In this document: piece by piece, positions 61,819 to 64,000 of the stretch
Numbering within the stretch: position 1 is the stretch's first letter
Layout of the letters: each line of letters begins with the position of its first letter
Assembly: GCF_001194135.2 (NCBI RefSeq)
Contig: NC_068987.1
Location: 64,804,343 to 64,868,342 of the forward strand
Length of the DNA stretch: 64,000 nt
Reading direction: 5' to 3'
DNA from: Octopus bimaculoides
Taxonomy: Eukaryota
The notes under the pieces: model-generated
Seen by the model: only the letters and a program-made list of their open reading frames with translations
Databases searched by the model: none
What the model was told of the DNA's origin: nothing
Position numbers and translations under genes: made by a program

Positions 61819-64000
61819 NNNNNNNNNNNNNNNNNNNNNNNNNNNNNNNNNNNNNNNNNNNNNNNNNNNNNNNNNNNNNNNNNNNNNNNNNNNNNNNNNN
61901 NNNNNNNNNNNNNNNNNNNNNNNNNNNNNNNNNNNNNNNNNNNNNNNNNNNNNNNNNNNNNNNNNNNNNNNNNNNNNNNNNNNNNNNNNNNNNNNNNNNN
62001 NNNNNNNNNNNNNNNNNNNNNNNNNNNNNNNNNNNNNNNNNNNNNNNNNNNNNNNNNNNNNNNNNNNNNNNNNNNNNNNNNNNNNNNNNNNNNNNNNNNN
62101 NNNNNNNNNNNNNNNNNNNNNNNNNNNNNNNNNNNNNNNNNNNNNNNNNNNNNNNNNNNNNNNNNNNNNNNNNNNNNNNNNNNNNNNNNNNNNNNNNNNN
62201 NNNNNNNNNNNNNNNNNNNNNNNNNNNNNNNNNNNNNNNNNNNNNNNNNNNNNNNNNNNNNNNNNNNNNNNNNNNNNNNNNNNNNNNNNNNNNNNNNNNN
62301 NNNNNNNNNNNNNNNNNNNNNNNNNNNNNNNNNNNNNNNNNNNNNNNNNNNNNNNNNNNNNNNNNNNNNNNNNNNNNNNNNNNNNNNNNNNNNNNNNNNN
62401 NNNNNNNNNNNNNNNNNNNNNNNNNNNNNNNNNNNNNNNNNNNNNNNNNNNNNNNNNNNNNNNNNNNNNNNNNNNNNNNNNNNNNNNNNNNNNNNNNNNN
62501 NNNNNNNNNNNNNNNNNNNNNNNNNNNNNNNNNNNNNNNNNNNNNNNNNNNNNNNNNNNNNNNNNNNNNNNNNNNNNNNNNNNNNNNNNNNNNNNNNNNN
62601 NNNNNNNNNNNNNNNNNNNNNNNNNNNNNNNNNNNNNNNNNNNNNNNNNNNNNNNNNNNNNNNNNNNNTATATATATATAATATGTATGTGTGTATATAT
62701 TATAATGTATGTATACATGAATGTAGATGCACATACGTGTCTGACTGTCTATCTATATATTTATAAACACATGCATACACATAATATTCCCCATCTGTCT
62801 GCACATACACACACACACACACACACACATGCATATTCTCTCTGTTTCAATTAGTACATAGTCAAAATTGATCAATCATTTCAAATTTAGAGGTTTATAA
62901 TGCCTTCTATTCTAATTTCATTTTCCTACATTTGAAAAATATGGGTTTACATTTTTTGCTATGTGGTGCGAAACATTACCATCTGCATGTGCATGCGTGT
63001 GTACATGCACACACATACACACACACAAAAGCATGTGTATTTATTGACACAAATACACAAGTCCCTATATAAAGACTGCCAGATGCTAGATTTATTTTTT
63101 ACCTTAGCACTTACACTCCTACTGCAGAAACTCGTTGTCCCTTCTTAATAGAACAGTTTCATTTTCCTCTCATCTCCAAATTGACTTCAAGCATTTTTTT
63201 TTTTTTTTTTAAACAAATTGACAAAATTTATTTTCTAGCAATACTTGTTCTGGCCCTTTATGCTCTGAGTTTAAGTTCTGCTAAGATCAACTTTACATTT
63301 CAACCTCTCTCAGGTCAATGAAATAAAGTATCAATCAAGTACAGGGGTTGATGGCATTGATTAATCCCATCCCCTCAAAAATTGCTGGCCTTGTACCTGA
63401 ATTAGAAATAATCATTATTATTATCTTGGCCTTTGATATTGTCCTCCATGTCTTGAGCCCTTGTGGCCAATAAAAGAAATCAGTATTATTATTATTATTA
63501 TTATTGTTAAGCTGGTAAGAATTATTAGCATACTGGGCAGAATGCTTGGTGGTTTTTTCCTCTAGCTCTTTATACTGAGTTCAAATGCCACCAAGGTTAA
63601 CTTTGCTTTTCATCTTTAGAGGTCAATGGAATGAGTACCAGTTGAGCACTGGGGTCATTGTAATCACTCCCCTTTTCAAAATTGCTGGCATTGTGTCAAA
63701 ATTAGAAACCATTATTATTATTATTATTATTATCATTATTATTATTATTATGGCAATGAAATGCAGAATCGTCTCTTCTAAGTTCAAATTCTACCAAAGT
63801 CAACTCTGCTTTTTATCTTTTTGAGATCAATAAAACAAAATACCGGTCAAGTATTAATTAATGTTGATGCAATTGAGACTAACTTCCTCTCCTTAAAATT
63901 CCTGGCTTTGTGCCAAAATTTGAAAGAATTTTTTTTTATTTATTTGTGATTGTAGTGGATGGCAGAATTGAAAGAAACTCAGAACAAATGCTTTGCATTA

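Noticed and set aside
61659-62854. Long ORFs of 337-367 aa (also those at 1014-1711, 25631-26101 and 52990-53621)
   Set aside because: They consist of N-gap X residues plus (TA)n/(TG)n microsatellite translation.

Overview
AT-rich, microsatellite- and SINE-dense animal genomic DNA with nine N-gaps. The repeat families suggest an octopus genome (inference). Two protein-coding genes face away from each other. On the + strand is a complete 6-exon coding sequence of spartin (SPART/SPG20), 43210-57193, 540 aa, with MIT domain, PPxY motif and C-terminal senescence domain; all splice phases join in frame. On the - strand are the first four coding exons (96 aa, 8005 down to 2252) of a SPICE1/CCDC52 orthologue, too small to appear in the ORF track; the gene continues out of the window to the left. 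The rest is transposon-derived: Helitron, RTE, CR1/Jockey-type and CRE-type LINE remnants, Penelope GIY-YIG, pogo, mariner and hAT transposase remnants, a Gypsy LTR-PBS-gag stub, piggyBac-like, mariner-derived and Ginger-like MITEs, and several SINE families. The most unusual structures are a 387-bp fully palindromic TGT..ACA element with a 4-bp TSD, a 281-bp-arm foldback with asymmetric CpG decay, a decayed minimal hammerhead-like motif, a templated insertion inside a SINE, and a consensus CLEAR box in a spartin intron. All homology calls are by eye from recalled family motifs; no database search was run. I found no clearly new multi-gene system.
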